Shown here: piece after piece, positions 27,355-41,245 of the stretch | How the letters are laid out: each line of letters opens with the position of its first letter | How positions within the stretch are numbered: the first letter of the stretch is position 1 | From: Callorhinchus milii | Lineage: Eukaryota | Direction: 5' to 3' | NCBI RefSeq assembly: GCF_018977255.1 | Contig: NW_024704743.1 | Span: 57,724,001-57,788,000 of the forward strand | DNA: 64,000 bases | Made by a program: the position numbers and the translations under genes | Notes under the pieces: generated by a model | Seen by the model: only the letters and a program-made list of their open reading frames with translations | What the model was told of the DNA's origin: nothing | Databases searched by the model: none

Positions 27355-27550
27355 TTTAGATCAGACAGACTGGCTGATTTTCCTCTCCCGAGCTTGAGAG
27401 CACAAAGGCAAATAGTTGCGCCTCACAATCATTCTAATTTGAATCAACTAACTCAGCACAGAACAGCGATTGAACTAAACCTATAACCTTGTGGCTCTAT
27501 CTCACTCAGCGCCACACCACATGGTACGTGCAACCCACTGAACCATCAAC
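27355..27550 (-). mobile_element. Ancient SINE-like repeat; related pieces at about 22120-22260, 29010-29170, 56385-56605 and 59460-59640
   Basis: Shared motifs tctgtgctgagttagttgat, gggagrggaaaatsagyc and ggtgaggaYa across several sites. Confidence 0.45.
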
Positions 27551-29259
27551 AAAGGGTAAATCCTGTTTCACAGTTTTTGGTTTGATTGGATAATTAGGGT
27601 GGATGCACTGTAAGGATTTGGGAGTAGGAAGCTTTGATTTGGAATTGATAAAAATCCTAATACAGCTTAAATTTTCATGTCAAACTAGCTGTGCATTGTC
27701 CAACTCCCAGTGTGGAACAAGAATAGAATTAATAATGGCAGCTAATGAGCAGAATATAAAAAAATCCTACAGAAATTGATTTACTGACATTGCCTTATGC
27801 AGTGGTGGTCATTTCAATGTTACAGCGCAGCAATCATTATAGAGGTCCATTTATGAGCACATGATATGATCAGTTATCCTCCAAAGCAGGCATATAATTA
27901 ACCAAACGTTCACATGAGAAATCAGGAACAAGCAGAGTCACTTCCAAACTTCACAATCTGCTTCACAGTCTGTGAGAAACTGTAACATTCTACATGCAGT
28001 AAAGTTATGTAAAAGTCTGATACTGCCTGAGGAAATAAACCCAATTTTTAGTATTTCCATTTTGTTCGCAGAACAAACAAATTCATCTTGGATGTGAGGG
28101 GCAATGTTCTCTGTGAGGGTGTAAGCCCTATTTTTTTTTCATTTTCCCCTGAAAATTTGCTTCCTGTGCAATTTTAGGCAGGGATTGAGTTTTACAGCCT
28201 GGTTTCCAGCAGTGTAAATCCCCTCAGTTCAACAAATCATTTATACAACAGTTTGCTTTAAACATTGCAGTAATCTCTTTGTGTGACTCACCCTGTGATT
28301 GATTAAGGGCAAGCTTTGCAATCTAAATCAACTCGATTGAATTGGAAAGGGAAAAAGTTGATGGGATTGTGTAAATACTTATCAATGCTTCAGAACACAG
28401 TCAGTACAGCAATCAAAACACACAATTGATACATTTTATTACACTTTTTCATTTCCTGCAGTAATAAAAAGAAATCTTATGGCATCAGAATGCAAATTCA
28501 AATATATAGTTGATATTATAACAACAACATTTCAATGGAGCTCTCCAAATTTTAGAACATAGGAATGGAGGCAACTATTCAACCCATCAAATAATTATAC
28601 AGTCACTGCATTTCATTAAAAATTTTGTAAAATGCTTTGAGACATTTCAATGATGTAATTAGCTATTATACCAAATGCAAGGATTATTATTTATTTTTAT
28701 TGCTAAACTTGTTCTGACAGTTTAAGGTCACGGTGGATCCTTTAATCCCCACCTTTTTTCTGTACTACTTAATACATATATATACTGTGCAAATATTTAT
28801 CTTCCTTCCTCTTAAATACCCCCAATTGATTCTGCCTCAACAGTTTTCTGGGACAGTGCAGTCCATATATTCACAACCTTCTGTTTTCTTACTGCAGCAA
28901 TGTATTCCTAATCCCACTTTCTCATGGGTAAAAGAGCAGCTCAGTGTAGCACTAAATCCATTTAGACCAAATGTTCGTCCATTTTGCTTGTTGTCTGGCT
29001 CAGACAAGAGAGCAGGTGGATTCAATGTCCTTGGGTTAGGAACGGAAAATGAACCATGTCTTCCACACCTGCCTGATCACCAACCAGGGGCAGTTGTGTT
29101 ATGTGTGGATGTTGGATAAGAACAGGGTGCACTCAGCTGTAATACTTTGCAAGACCAAATAATCTGCTAGTTCTGGGTAGAAGTTTACCCCAGTTGTAGA
29201 TTTCAAGGGGTGATTTTGGTCACATTGGGGATTTATTAGATAAAATACCTGAGACCTAT

Positions 29260-29650
29260 GAGCAACAATTAGATAAGATAGGGTTCTTCAGTCTTGAAAG
29301 GAGTCGATTCAGAGGAGACTTCATCAGAAGTGCATAACATGTTAAATGTGACCAGAAAGGTAAATCTAGATCAATACTTTAGAATGCAACATTACAAATG
29401 AACAAGAGGTCATGTGTTTAGAGTTGCAAATGCAATTTCAGTACTGATACCAGGAAGTGTTTTCTTTACATGGAGGGTAATCAACAATTGCAACAGGTTT
29501 TCAAGAAGGGTGGTTGAGACTAGGATACTGGACTCATCTAAAAAGCAGCTTGATGTAGTGATGGGGCAGTAGTGATGGGACAGTAGGTTGGGTGTTCAAG
29601 AGGCATGAGATCGGATGGACCATAGGGCCTTCTTCATCCAGAAGATTTTT
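29260..29650 (+). mobile_element. Degenerate CR1 3' fragment
   Basis: ttcttcagtcttgaaaggagtcgattcagaggagact (like LFSLEKRRLRGDL), acaagaggtcat, ggatggaccatagggccttcttcatc. Confidence 0.7.
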
Positions 29651-31124
29651 GTGAGCTGTACCTTTGCAGAGGCACGTCTTCTGTATGGGAAACATGGGAG
29701 AGATACATGTAGCCAGTAAAACCTGTGAAGAGGTGAAAAATGATTGAGTTGTTCACAGAACATTGTTAAATATGTTCAGCAAAGAGACAGTTTTGAAAGG
29801 TGTGACACAGATTCCCTGATCCCAGACGTATTCCTGTAGAAAGATGCCATGTGGAAAGGTGGGAAAATCCAGATGGTGAGTTTTCACTAGGCAATTTCTG
29901 CAGAGTTGCTCGCAGTCAGCCAAGAGCAATAGCAGGGATCTGAGAACATTGAAGAGAAAGAAAACATCACTGGGCCATCGTTTAAATTTCAATTACACAT
30001 TCATCTTCTAAATAATTCATTTTTTCATAAACTTTGGCAGTAAATCCACACCACTTAAGCAAGCTAGCCGATTTGTTTAATTAAGGAACAGCATCTAAGG
30101 CATTTGTAAGCAAGACTGTCCAGCATTAAGAGAAGCTACACTTGGTAGGGATGGGAAAGTAACTATAAAACTTGTATTTATATCGCGCCCTCTCATGTAG
30201 GGCAGTGTCCCTTGAAAAAGCAGGTGGAAAATGTAAGAAGTAAAGTTACAAAAAAAACAGCAAATATCTTCAATTAACATAAACAGACAAATAGACCTCA
30301 TTGCACAAATGTTCCCATTTGATGGTTTAGAACTTAGTGAAGTTGAAAGAGACGTCTGTCCTGCTTGGGGTGTAGAGTCATGCAAGGTCTTCTTAGAGCT
30401 GAGCTGGCTCCAGTAGTCTGTTGTCTAAGCCAAGTGAGCTACTTAAGGGCACTGCTGCTAATAGAACTGCCAGCCTGGGTCATCAGTAATCCTTGGAGAA
30501 GCAGACTAGTCACTGGAGGCAGGGATTCTTCCCACTCAGCTCCTGTTAACCTTGCAAGCTCAAGCTATTATGGCTATAATGGTGATATTAGCTACACAAA
30601 CAGTGGGAAGCTTGCCAGATACTGTTTTCAATGGCAAGCTATGCAGTTTTAGCTGGCTAAACTGAAACACTACCTCTATACACATTTGGTGATCTCCAAG
30701 CCTTGGTTCCTGCCAACCTGTACCTAACACTCTGTGGAATTAGGTAAGTAGTGTGTTTCTCTCCATGGAGAAAGCACATTTTATTCCAGACACTCAGCTG
30801 ATCAAAATGGTTTCAGGTCACTTAGTTTGAAGCAGCAATAAACAGGACACGCTTTATTGGGATTTATTGGCTTTATTGGTAAATCAGTTGAGTTCAAATC
30901 CACAAACGTCAAGCTCTATAGTGTTCTAGTAGCAGACTGTACAGTTCTAGTCTCCACAACATAAGGGGGCTGCCCAGGCTTTAGAGAAAGTGAGCATTGT
31001 AGCTAATCCCTATTGTTCAGTGGATCAACTAATCAGAGGTTTTTCATGCCTTGAAACAAGAAGTCTGAGAGGCAAGGTATACAGAGTATATAAAATGATA
31101 AACACTTGCTCGGCAAGAAAGAGG

Positions 31125-31447
31125 ATCTGGAATCAATTCCTGATGGGGCGAAAGGTTAGGGAAGTTTCCTTGCTCCACACGCCTGTTTATCTAGCAGTAA
31201 GTAGGAACTCGGTTAGTCGATTGGTAGATCGCTTTTCCAGGGTTAATACTCCCTTCAAAAAATAAATTAATTAAAACATAATAATAATTTGGTCACTTAA
31301 TCCACGATTGCTGTGTGCAATTGGCTGTTGCGTTTCACCCACAGAATATACAGAGTTCACTTTGCAGTGTATTCTGTGGGGCGCTTTTGGGACATCTTGA
31401 AGACATGATAAGGCGTAGCTGTGTCGAATACAAGGATTATTATTATA
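31125..31447 (+). mobile_element. SINE copy, same family
   Basis: Reads caattcctg...gggaagtttccttgctccacac...gcagtaagtaggaac...ggtcact...acaaggattattatt. Confidence 0.8.
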
Positions 31448-31724
31448 TTCCTGTTTTCTATGCTTTGTCATGTTATCTAACAAATATTGAACTCAGATAA
31501 AATATATAAAATGATAAATTGGATTGACAAAGTAAACCCTTACAATAGTTTCAAGGACACAGACACATAATTATCAGTTAGCAACCTGATTACAGTTCAG
31601 ACCAATTCTCGTGGTGTGGAGATATTGAATCCTGTTACGTATTTTTTTCTTGCAGAGATTAATAGGAATCTGGAATGCAATACCCCAGAAAGCCATAGCT
31701 GAAAAATCAGCTGAATGATTCAGT

Positions 31725-32045
31725 GATAATAACCCTTGCATTTGATATAACGCCATGCACACCGGAAGGACACCTAAAATTTCACATTATGTGCTGCGAA
31801 GTGTAGCGACTCCATATTTCGTAGGCAAATGCGAAAGCCAATTTTGCGAACAACAATGTCCCACAAATGGCCATAAAGTGAATGGCCAATTTTATTTGGG
31901 AAATTGTGGGCCAGGGCACCTGGAAAAAATCGCTTCTCTTTTCATGGGACATCTTAACAAGCAGATCAGACCTTGGGTTAACAAAGGAGGGCATCTCTGA
32001 CACTGCAGCTCACCCCCAATACTGATTTGGAGTGTCAGCCTGAAT
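31725..32045 (-). mobile_element. Deu-domain SINE remnant
   Basis: cccttgcatttgatataacgcc...tcccacaaa...ggccagggcacctgg...ggagtgtcagcc. Confidence 0.65.
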
Positions 32046-32239
32046 CCACATTTAAGAGAGATGGATTGATACTTTGTTACAAAAAGGGGAAAATTTCAGG
32101 AAGTCAGGGTGGTAGAATTAAGGAAAGTTTGTAGTACTTGGGATATGGATGATCTGTAGCAGAGCAGGCTGAATGCCCTTCACCTGTTCCATTTTCCATT
32201 ATTCCCATTTGTTCCTTTATTTTTTCTTCTGTCTTTCAG

Positions 32240-32434
32240 CGATTTCTTGTCGCAAGCAAGACGGTGGTCAAGTGGACATTAATGATTGTCTCCAGTGGGC
32301 TGGCACCATGCCACCCTTAACTCAGTTTTGCCAGTTACCATGCCAGGATGACTGTCAGTTCACCAGCTGGTCCCGATTTTCCCCCTGCAATGGAGATTGT
32401 GGCACTGTACGTACCAGAAGGCGGTCACTAGTGG
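32240..32434 (+). CDS. THSD7A: THSD7A coding exon (195 nt): ISCRKQDGGQVDINDCLQWAG...CNGDCGTVRTRRRSLV(G)
   Basis: Acceptor gtctttcag, donor G|gtgagt; phase 1 to 1. Confidence 0.96.
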
Positions 32435-32662
32435 GTGAGTACAACTAAGTTCAAAGATCATAGAAAGATCATGCTTTAATCTATAGGTATTTTAAACAAA
32501 ATTTCCAGGTTTTTTCCTACGTGTTTAATTATTGTGGTCATTAGTCAATATGTTAACTGTAACATAATGGAATGCAAAAGGAATGCACTGGTCTCCAGCT
32601 TTGCAGGTAATTTCAACTTAAGTTTATTTTCCTAACTATTCTATTTCTTTATCAACTGCTAG

Positions 32663-32926
32663 GGAAAAGTAAGAAGAGAGAAAAGTGCAAGAACACTCAG
32701 ATCTTCCCTCTTATCGAGACCCAGTTCTGCCCATGTGACAAGTATTCAGCCCAACCCTTCAGCAACTTTTCTGACTGCATTCTGCCAGAAGGTCGAGTGG
32801 AGAGCCTGCTTGGCATGAAAGTACAAGGGGATATCAAGGAGTGCGGACAAGGATATCGCTATCAACCGGTGGCTTGCCGGGATCAGAATAATAGACTGGT
32901 GAAATTGGGGCATTGCAATAGTCACG
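32663..32926 (+). CDS. THSD7A: THSD7A coding exon (264 nt): KSKKREKCKNTQIFPLIETQFCPCDKY...GMKVQGDIKECGQGYRYQ...CNSH(G)
   Basis: Acceptor caactgctag, donor G|gtaagt; phase 1 to 1; follows a 228-nt intron. Confidence 0.95.
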
Positions 32927-35900
32927 GTAAGTCATTTTGTTATCCTTCCAATACATACAGGTAAAATTATATATGATACATTGCTGTGTGCAATGAAATA
33001 AAGCCAGTATTACTGCAGTTTGAATTATGTGGGACAGTAGCAGTCGTCAGTTTGAAACAGGCTTCTCTCCAGCTTCAAACAATAAGGAGTAATTGAAGAT
33101 GAACACACAAGACACAGCACAGAGTTTCATGGATAGACATCTCAGGAACCAGATGATGTTTATGGAGGATGGCCAGCTTTGTAAAGCCGCAAAGAATATT
33201 TTCTTCCTTTCATTTGGCAAGATTAATTTGGTTCAGTTGGCTCAGCTGCCTCTGGAACAGAAGGCCATGGGTGTGAGCCCCACAGTTTGGTTGAGCTCAG
33301 TGCAGCGCTACTTTGTTAGAAACCCTGTACTTCAGATAAGACGTTTAACTTGTCCCGCCTGCAAATCATTGGGAATTGTTAGCTTTGTGCACAATCTACA
33401 TGATCAATATCAAATGTTCTGCCAAACTATGATTCAACAAAGGGTAAAAATTGTGACGTGGAATGTGTTAATCATCTTGGGTGATAATTATCACATGGTT
33501 CACATTGCAGTCAATACATTCAATAACCAAAGGCTGCTCTGTGGTTTGATCCCCCCACCCCAACCTAATCCCACTGGTCTTTCAGCATAACAATTGCTGT
33601 GACTGTAGGATACCAACTTTAGACCTGAATTCCTGCCCAGTCTTAGCCTGCATTTGATCATGTTGTCTTAAAATTTATGATCATGTGGAAATTTAGAAAC
33701 CCATTTGTTTCACTGTTCCAAATTAAGACTGAATTTAAGAATTTTTTCACATTTCTGCACAATCTCAAATTTTAAGCCAAAGTGGTTTTACAGAATAGAC
33801 GAGATGGTATTTGGGGTTTCCGGTCCCTCACCAGCCACAGCCTGATTGTCAGACACACTGGATGAATGTGTAATGGCTGCTTTGGGTGAGTTTGACCCAA
33901 CCATTGTCACACTTTGTAATTTTTGCAGTTTTTGCCATAACTGAAGCATACCAATCCGAAGAGGTCAAGCTTTCTCTGCAGAGATGCAATTCACACTATA
34001 GAAAACCGTGAATATGTGATGCGAGCAACATTTGTAAAGAGGTGTGAGCCATTTTGTAAGGCACACGTACAATATATGCACAATTAGACAAACCTTAGAG
34101 AGGCTCCAAGCTCACCAAAACGGTCCGAAATGCAATCAAATTTCATCTCCACCATCGGTAGCACCAGTTGATCCACGCTTCGACCATAACCCATATACTG
34201 TGACAGTCGCACAGAGAAACCGTGGATTACATCCTGGAGCTGTCTCCGTGACAACCCCTAACTATACATTATACTTCCTACCAGACAGTGTATAAACCTA
34301 CCAGGATGTGCTGCAGATGCCAGGTTATACAGCCTAACGCAAGTTAGCATTGGTGAAGACATTGATTGCAATAGACTTGCGATGTCTAGCAGGGCTGCTG
34401 CACCTGGCTCAGTAATGATTAACATTTCTTATTATAGCAATTCGTTATCACCTATCAAAATAAAAAGGGCACATTTAAGAAGAGGGAGATTTTATGAATC
34501 ATCACCTCAAAATGTTAAAATGCCTGATCCAGCAAGATGTGAGTTCATACAATAATAATCATAATAATCCTTACATTTGATTTTGTCCTTTCACAACAGG
34601 AGGACTTCTCACAGGATTTTATTGTAAAGTGTAGTGACTGTATTTAACATGGTTCAGCATATAAGATTCAACTTTTCAAGCGTTCAATTTAGTTTCTCCT
34701 TCCATTTATTTCCACTGCTTAAGTGCCCATGTGTGGCTGAAGGATTGATTATTATTTTCTACGTTCAAAAAAAACAAAATCACACATTATGTTTGAAAGA
34801 GTTCTAACCCCCACGGAGCCAGGCTGCAAAGTCTGAAGTGAGGGAAGCTAAGCCGTCATATTTTTAATGGATTGTATGATATGCTGCTGTCCGTCTGTAC
34901 CCTGAATGAATAAATTGAATGAAATTGCAGACAATCGTCCCTTTAGAGACAGTTATAACAATAATACAAGTTTATCTTCATGTAATTTAATATCCTGCTG
35001 CCTGCTGAGAACCATGCTCGGTGTCAGAAAAACCATGTGATGAGAACAAAAGAATTGTTGCTTAAATAAAAGAATGTCTTCAAATTACAGAGCTGAGTCC
35101 AGCAAACACAATTAAGTAGGAGAGAAGAAACAGATTAAACAGGGGCAAAAGTGAAAGAGAATAGTGGTAAATAAAACTGAGGAAATCGAGATAAAGAAAT
35201 AGGATTCTCCCTGTATCCTGTCTAATATTTCTCCCTCATCCAAATTCACAAAAAGAGTGTAATTATATTCAACAATGCGATATAAATTACTATTCATCAT
35301 ACAATGCAATTTGCATTTATACATTTGATGTCAGGAGGACTTTCAAAGCACTTAACAATGCTGGCTATGTACCTGAGCTGGGGGTGGGAAGGGGAAAGAT
35401 GACCAAGTGGGGCCAAAGCGGTACATCTCAAGAGGGGCCTTGATCATGGGGAGGGAAGGAATGAATCAGAGGGGCTCCAGAATGGAGTTCCAGAGAATAG
35501 GAGCAGACTGGCTGAAAGCGTACGCTGAATCCTGGACCTATGAAAGGGCATTCAGCAGTGAAAAGAAATGGAAGGAAAATCTAATTTGAATACCACTCAT
35601 TCCTCAAGGTGTGAGAATAATTTTAGCCTGGAAATTGTTGAATCCTGGGTGCTCAACCAAGTTATATTTCCCACCATAGTAGTTATTAAACACTTAAATA
35701 GGGGATTACTAAAGTACAAGATTATTAACAACAATAAAAAACGCAAGTTACATAATAATTAATCAAATGTGCTGATGTGCACCCCTCCCCCCCAAGAAAA
35801 ACACACAGGGCTTTTAATGCCAATGTCCTGAAGCTAGGTCACACAATTCTCTTGTGGGCTGGTGGATCATAGCTTTTGACTCCAGATTTGCAGGATCATG

Positions 35901-36169
35901 GTTTCACTCTGTGGTTTAGTAACGGGGTCATGTGTTGCATATGTAAAGCAGCTGGGAGGTGACAGAAGTTGTCCTTATCCATAACAACAACAATTTACTC
36001 TTACATAACACTTGTCATGTAGGGAGAACATCTCAAATGCTTTACAAAGACATAGTGGAAGCTTGATCTGGTAGGTAGAAGGAGGCGCCTGAAGCTGGGC
36101 TTTTGGCATTGGAGAGGAACGGGTCAGGTAAAGTTATATTTAAAGAGAGTTCCAGATGGAATTGTCAAT

Positions 36170-36395
36170 GGTGTCAAAATCTGCAGAGATTGAGGAAAAC
36201 AGGGTGGCACAGGGAGCCCTGGTCGCAGACGGAGAAAAGGTAGTTTGTGACTTTGACCAGGACTATCTCGGCGTTGTGGGTGGGGCAGAAGCCAGATTGA
36301 AGGGATTCATACAGTGAGTGGTAGGAGAGAAGAAGCGAAGCTGGGAGGCAATGACGCGTTCTACCTTGGAGAGGAAGGACAGGTTTGAAATGATA
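36170..36395 (-). mobile_element. L2 LINE RT fragment
   Basis: LYESLQSGFCPTHNAEIVLVKVTN...VFLNL in the ORF track. Confidence 0.75.
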
Positions 36396-38204
36396 TGATG
36401 ATCCCCAAGCACTTGTGTTGCTACTGTCCAGGTTTCTTTTCACATGATTAGAAACTCACAAGGGTGGTACAGAGAAAGAACTCCATTGGATCTCATCCTT
36501 CCAGAATGCTATCTCTACTGTTTTGCCAACTCCTTACGCTCCATGTTGTTAAAAAAACCTTATGCTGTAAATAGGGTAGTTTTCGGATATAAGGAAGTTT
36601 GTTGGTTTCATTAGTAATGAGCATTTATTCTGTTCACAATATTTTTATAGTTCTTTAAAATTCACACCGAGTGCAATTTTACATTAATATTAAATCTTCA
36701 CATTAATAGTCCTTTCGGGAAAGCACATTCTAACAGTTCTGTCAAAGCTCTATATATAGGAACTCCTAATTTTGTCCAACAATCCCCCAAATAAAATTGG
36801 TCACTCACTCCATTGCTGTTTGTGGGCCATTGCTATACAAATTGGCAGCTACATTAGTCTACAAAATATGCACAATCACTTTACAGAATATTATGTGAAG
36901 CTCTTTGAGACATCTTTATAACATGATAAGGTGCTATATTAAATCCACAGATTATTATTTTGCTTCTTTGAAGATTTTCCCTAAAATATGCCTGGTTTTA
37001 GTTGTACATTCACAATGTTACAGCAAATTCTCCTTCATCTTAATCCTGTTACGTGCCACGTACCTCAGTGAACTAGCTCGCTAATGGATTCAGTAACTGC
37101 AATCAGTAAAGTACAAATCCAATATCTGCCTATCCTATTCTGTTCTCATGGAAACTGAATTATCTGGAACACCTCGGTCTATTTTAATTTGTCTTGTACC
37201 TTATTAGTGCAAGATTATTTCCTCTATAGCATTAATTGAATGGGATTTGTCGATTGGTTTTCAGTAAGTTCTGTCAATTCTGTACTGAAAGTCTTAAGAA
37301 AAGGAATTGTTAGTATTTATGCATTTCATTTCATTTGACACATGCATAAATATTTTGGACGTTTCTAAAACTATTAATCTGTTGCATGTGCAATATGGAA
37401 AATTGATGTTATATATTTTGGATCAATAAACTCAATGAAAAATCTGCATATCATAGCACATATTATCCTAATCCTCCAGTTAAGATTCCAATACAGAACA
37501 TTTGCGATTTGGTTTCTTAATGCTTTGTGTGCTTGAGGTACATCAATGCAGGGTAATAGTAGGGCTGACTAAGAAACTAAAGCTATTAGAAAGCAATTAA
37601 AAATTCAAATGTATCTGTAGTCTCAAACTGGTAAAGGCATCTATCCTTTTCATTCCTATTCCAATTCACCAGCTATCTCCTTCTATTATTTGTTCTTTTT
37701 AGTCTCAGCTGGTTTCCACATTTTACTTGTTATTCCATAACATAACAGATTGACTTAGATAAAATCCAGAGTTGACCATTTTATTTAACGAACAGGAACA
37801 TTCTTTGTTCTTTGTTTTGTTAGTTTTGTTTATTCTTTATTTTTTTAGTTGGCACATGGGGGATCTAGTTTGTTATATTCACAAACAGTTACGAAGAGCT
37901 CATTTCAGCCGGGAAACTTGTAATTGAGTTGACAATTGCCATAGACTGCTTGGGTGTGAGGAGCAGCCAGAAAGGGAAATGGACGCCTGTGAGAAATTAT
38001 GTTTTGGTTTCTGGTCGTTTTCTTGCTTTAGTACCTTTCAGAGGTTTTTAATTTCCCCTTCTGATTCCTTCTGAGAACATTGCAGACTACACGTCGCTTT
38101 ATCACTAGCACAGGAGGTTTTACAGAATGATTATAAAGAAGCTATTGTTAGTACATAATAGCAGTTCCTGCCATACCGACCATTGTCACTGTCTCCTATA
38201 ACAG

Positions 38205-38383
38205 GTTACATAGAGGAGGCCTGCACCATCTTCTGCCCGTCAGACTGTAAGCTCAGTGAATGGTCCAACTGGTCTCGCTGCAGTAAATCCTGTGGTAGTG
38301 GCGTAAAGGTGAGATCTAAGTGGCTGCGAGAGAAGCCATACAATGGAGGAAAACCTTGTCCAAAGTTGGACCACACAAACCAG
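38205..38383 (+). CDS. THSD7A: THSD7A coding exon (179 nt): YIEEACTIFCPSDCKLSEWSNWSRCSKSCGSGVKVRSKWLREKPYNGGKPCPKLDHTNQ
   Basis: Acceptor cctataacag, donor CAG|gtaact; phase 1 to 0. Confidence 0.97.
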
Positions 38384-40339
38384 GTAACTATAACAAGCTC
38401 CTTTTAAAAGAACATTTTATTTTAGAACCGTTTTGCAAACCTTTTGCACATGGACAAAGGGATTTTTGACTCATTTTGTTGCATTTTGCCAATATATCTA
38501 CCCTGCTGTTTTCCAATTACAACTCCTTGATCATGCTTCCGAGTAAAGTATTTTCAGATATTGATGATTACTATTATTTTTACAGAAATAGTTGCTAGTC
38601 TCTGTCCTAAACTTTCTTTTCATAATCCAACACGTGCTCACTTGGCATGATACAAGTTTCTCTTGATATCTTGGCCAACAATCCTCCTCCAAAGTAAATT
38701 GCTCATTCAAGGCTGTGTTCAGTCATGGATTTCTTCCTTACAAGCAAAGAAATTGCCCAGTGCTGATATAACTGGTTGCATAAAACAAAGATGACAGCAG
38801 ATAGATAGAGCTCACTATGTGCTTGTGGATATCAGAAAATCAATGAAACTGACTACAGAAAATAAATTCTATTCTACGTGGAATTTGTTTTGTCAAAATC
38901 TCTTCTTTAAAGATGATGTGTAAATCAAGCAGAATAAATTACAGAACACTATGTGAATTAAAATGAAAGAATTAGGCCGATTTCCATCAAAAGACTAATC
39001 CAGTTTTGTACCACAGAGACTTGTTATGTTGATACCTTTATCTTAGGCTCATTAAAATGGGCATCTAGAGAGCAACTGTTAAGTGGTGTGAAAACATTGA
39101 AAAGAAGGAAGGTTGATTTGCTGTCCAAATACACACTGTGGTAAAGTGTTTCTCTGTATGCTGCAGATGTTACTTTACAGTGATGTAATAGACTCTGCAC
39201 TCAATAACAATAATAATCATTTTGGTCAGCCAGGTGTGTGATACATGTGGAAACCCTGCTTAAGAGTATCCAAACTAAACTGAGAGTTCCATGCATCGCA
39301 CCTACACCTGGAAATCCCAGAGATAGATTGCTGGAATGGAACACACACTCTCCTGGAGGGATGCATCCTGCTTACCTAATTCTGGACAGCTTTAGGCACA
39401 GGTTGGCAAGAGCCAAGGCTTGGGGACTCAGAGTGTGAGTTGTGATACTGCTGGAGTCTAACCGGCTAATAACACATAACTTGCCATTGAAAGCATTGTC
39501 TGGCAAGTTATCAGCTAAGGCCATCTTACCCATTAGGGCTTTGGTTTGCAGGATTAACTGGAACAGAGTGGGATAATTCCTGCCCCCAATGACTGTTCCA
39601 CCCTTCTAATTCCTGCCGATTAGCCAGACTGGCTGTGCTGTCATCCACAGTACCTTGGAATACTACAGACTCATTTGGTTCAGGAGCTGAACTAAAGAGA
39701 CTGCCCCAGGGGTTGGTTCGATTCTGACATTCCATTGCCAGGCTTGTCACCTTTAACAATAATAGTAATGATTGGATTTGATACAGTGCCTTTCACGTTG
39801 GGCGAACATCTCATAGAGACTGTATTGTGTAGGCGAATGTGGCAGCCAATTTATACACAGCAGTATTTCATAAACAGCCATGAAGTAACTGGACCTCCTC
39901 CCCCCCTAGTCCACCCCTCCCAAATTCAACCCCACCCCAGATGCAAACCCTCGATTGTCCAACACCTTGGGATGTCCTCCTGATGTAAAAGACATTATAT
40001 AAATATTGTTGTTGACCAATTTTATCTGAGGGACTGTTGGCCAGGACACCAGGAGAAACCCCCAGCTCTTTTTTGAGTACTTTAGTAATAAACCCTCTTC
40101 TCAATTTACATCTTTCATTTTTTGGGATAATAAGCCATCTCAGAAGATATTCAGAGGATCAAAGGTTTCCATTGACAAATCTCCAGTTGTTTCTAAATAT
40201 TCTGGGGGGAAATCATTCAATTTAGACAAGACTTAACTGACCAGTACTTTACAGAGATGAGAGAAGGTCATTAGTCTGCTGTGGGAATGCATAAGAATGT
40301 ATGAAGTAAAAGTTAATCTTCAAAGCATGCATCAAAATC

Positions 40340-40503
40340 ATCATCATCCTTGCATTTGATACAGTGCCTTATCACGTCTTCGAGTCATCTCAAAATGCTT
40401 CACAGGATATATTGTAAAGTAGATTGACTGTGCGTTTTGTGGGCGAAACGCGGTAGCCAATTGCTCACAGCAGTGTCTCACAAACAGTCGTGGATTGAGT
40501 GAC
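40340..40503 (-). mobile_element. SINE 3' fragment, followed by a CA-rich microsatellite
   Basis: atccttgcatttgatacagtgccttatcacgtcttcgag...caaacagtcgtggattgagtgac. Confidence 0.75.
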
Positions 40504-41239
40504 ACACACACACAAACACAGACAGACACATACACGCGCACAGTGCCAGCCCTGACTGTCTGAGCTCCAGCAACAAAGCACCCCTCCCCCCACCCACTGA
40601 AGTGTTGCCTGGCTCTGATACTGGGAGATGGCTAGGAGAACAGAACTGGCTTGCACACAGATTAATAGGGAGAGAAATATTTTGTTTCCTACACAAATAA
40701 AACTGCGCAAATTGAAGAAAACACCCTATTTTTTTATTTTATTGTAGCAGAATGGAAATGTTGCAGAAAGAAAGATAACTATAAAAAAAGTTCCTTGATT
40801 CACCCACTCCCTTCTCTCTTTTGAAGCCTTCCTTAGGACCTTAACACAGTCTTTAGCTCATCCTACCACAACCTCCTCTCCCATTTCCCCAGGCCTCGAG
40901 TACCCAGCCAGCTGTGTAAAACATTTGGGAAGTCCTTCCTATGGGAAAGGCGCAAGGTAAATGTAAAATGTATTGTAATATACAACCTTAAATAGAGTTG
41001 ACAGTGAGCATACAATTCAATACTGATCAAACCTGACATTTAAGACTGAAAAATCTTGACATAACTGGAACATGAGTGATTTGGGTAAGTTGTTTCATTA
41101 AAAAAACAGAAAATCTAATTATTGTGATTATTATTTAATATAGAATTTATGTTTGTGCAGTTTGAATGATTAGAGTGAATAACAATATGTCTTTATCTTT
41201 TTGTGCCTTTCCTTTGGACACCCAACATGCTCGTGCCAG

Positions 41240-41245
41240 GCTCAG
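41240..41245 (+). CDS. THSD7A: THSD7A 6-nt microexon GCTCAG (Ala-Gln)
   Basis: Context is atgctcgtgccag|GCTCAG|gtaaga. It has an upstream pyrimidine tract, two TGC motifs next to the acceptor and a near-consensus donor. Phase 0 to 0. It supplies the 'AQ' of the recalled human ...NQ-AQ-VYEVVPC, which neither flanking exon encodes. Confidence 0.85.

Noticed and set aside
33093..33590. 165-aa + strand ORF
   Set aside because: It overlaps a decayed SINE head (ggttcagttgg...cttcagataagacgtttaa), starts at TTG and has no recognisable domain.
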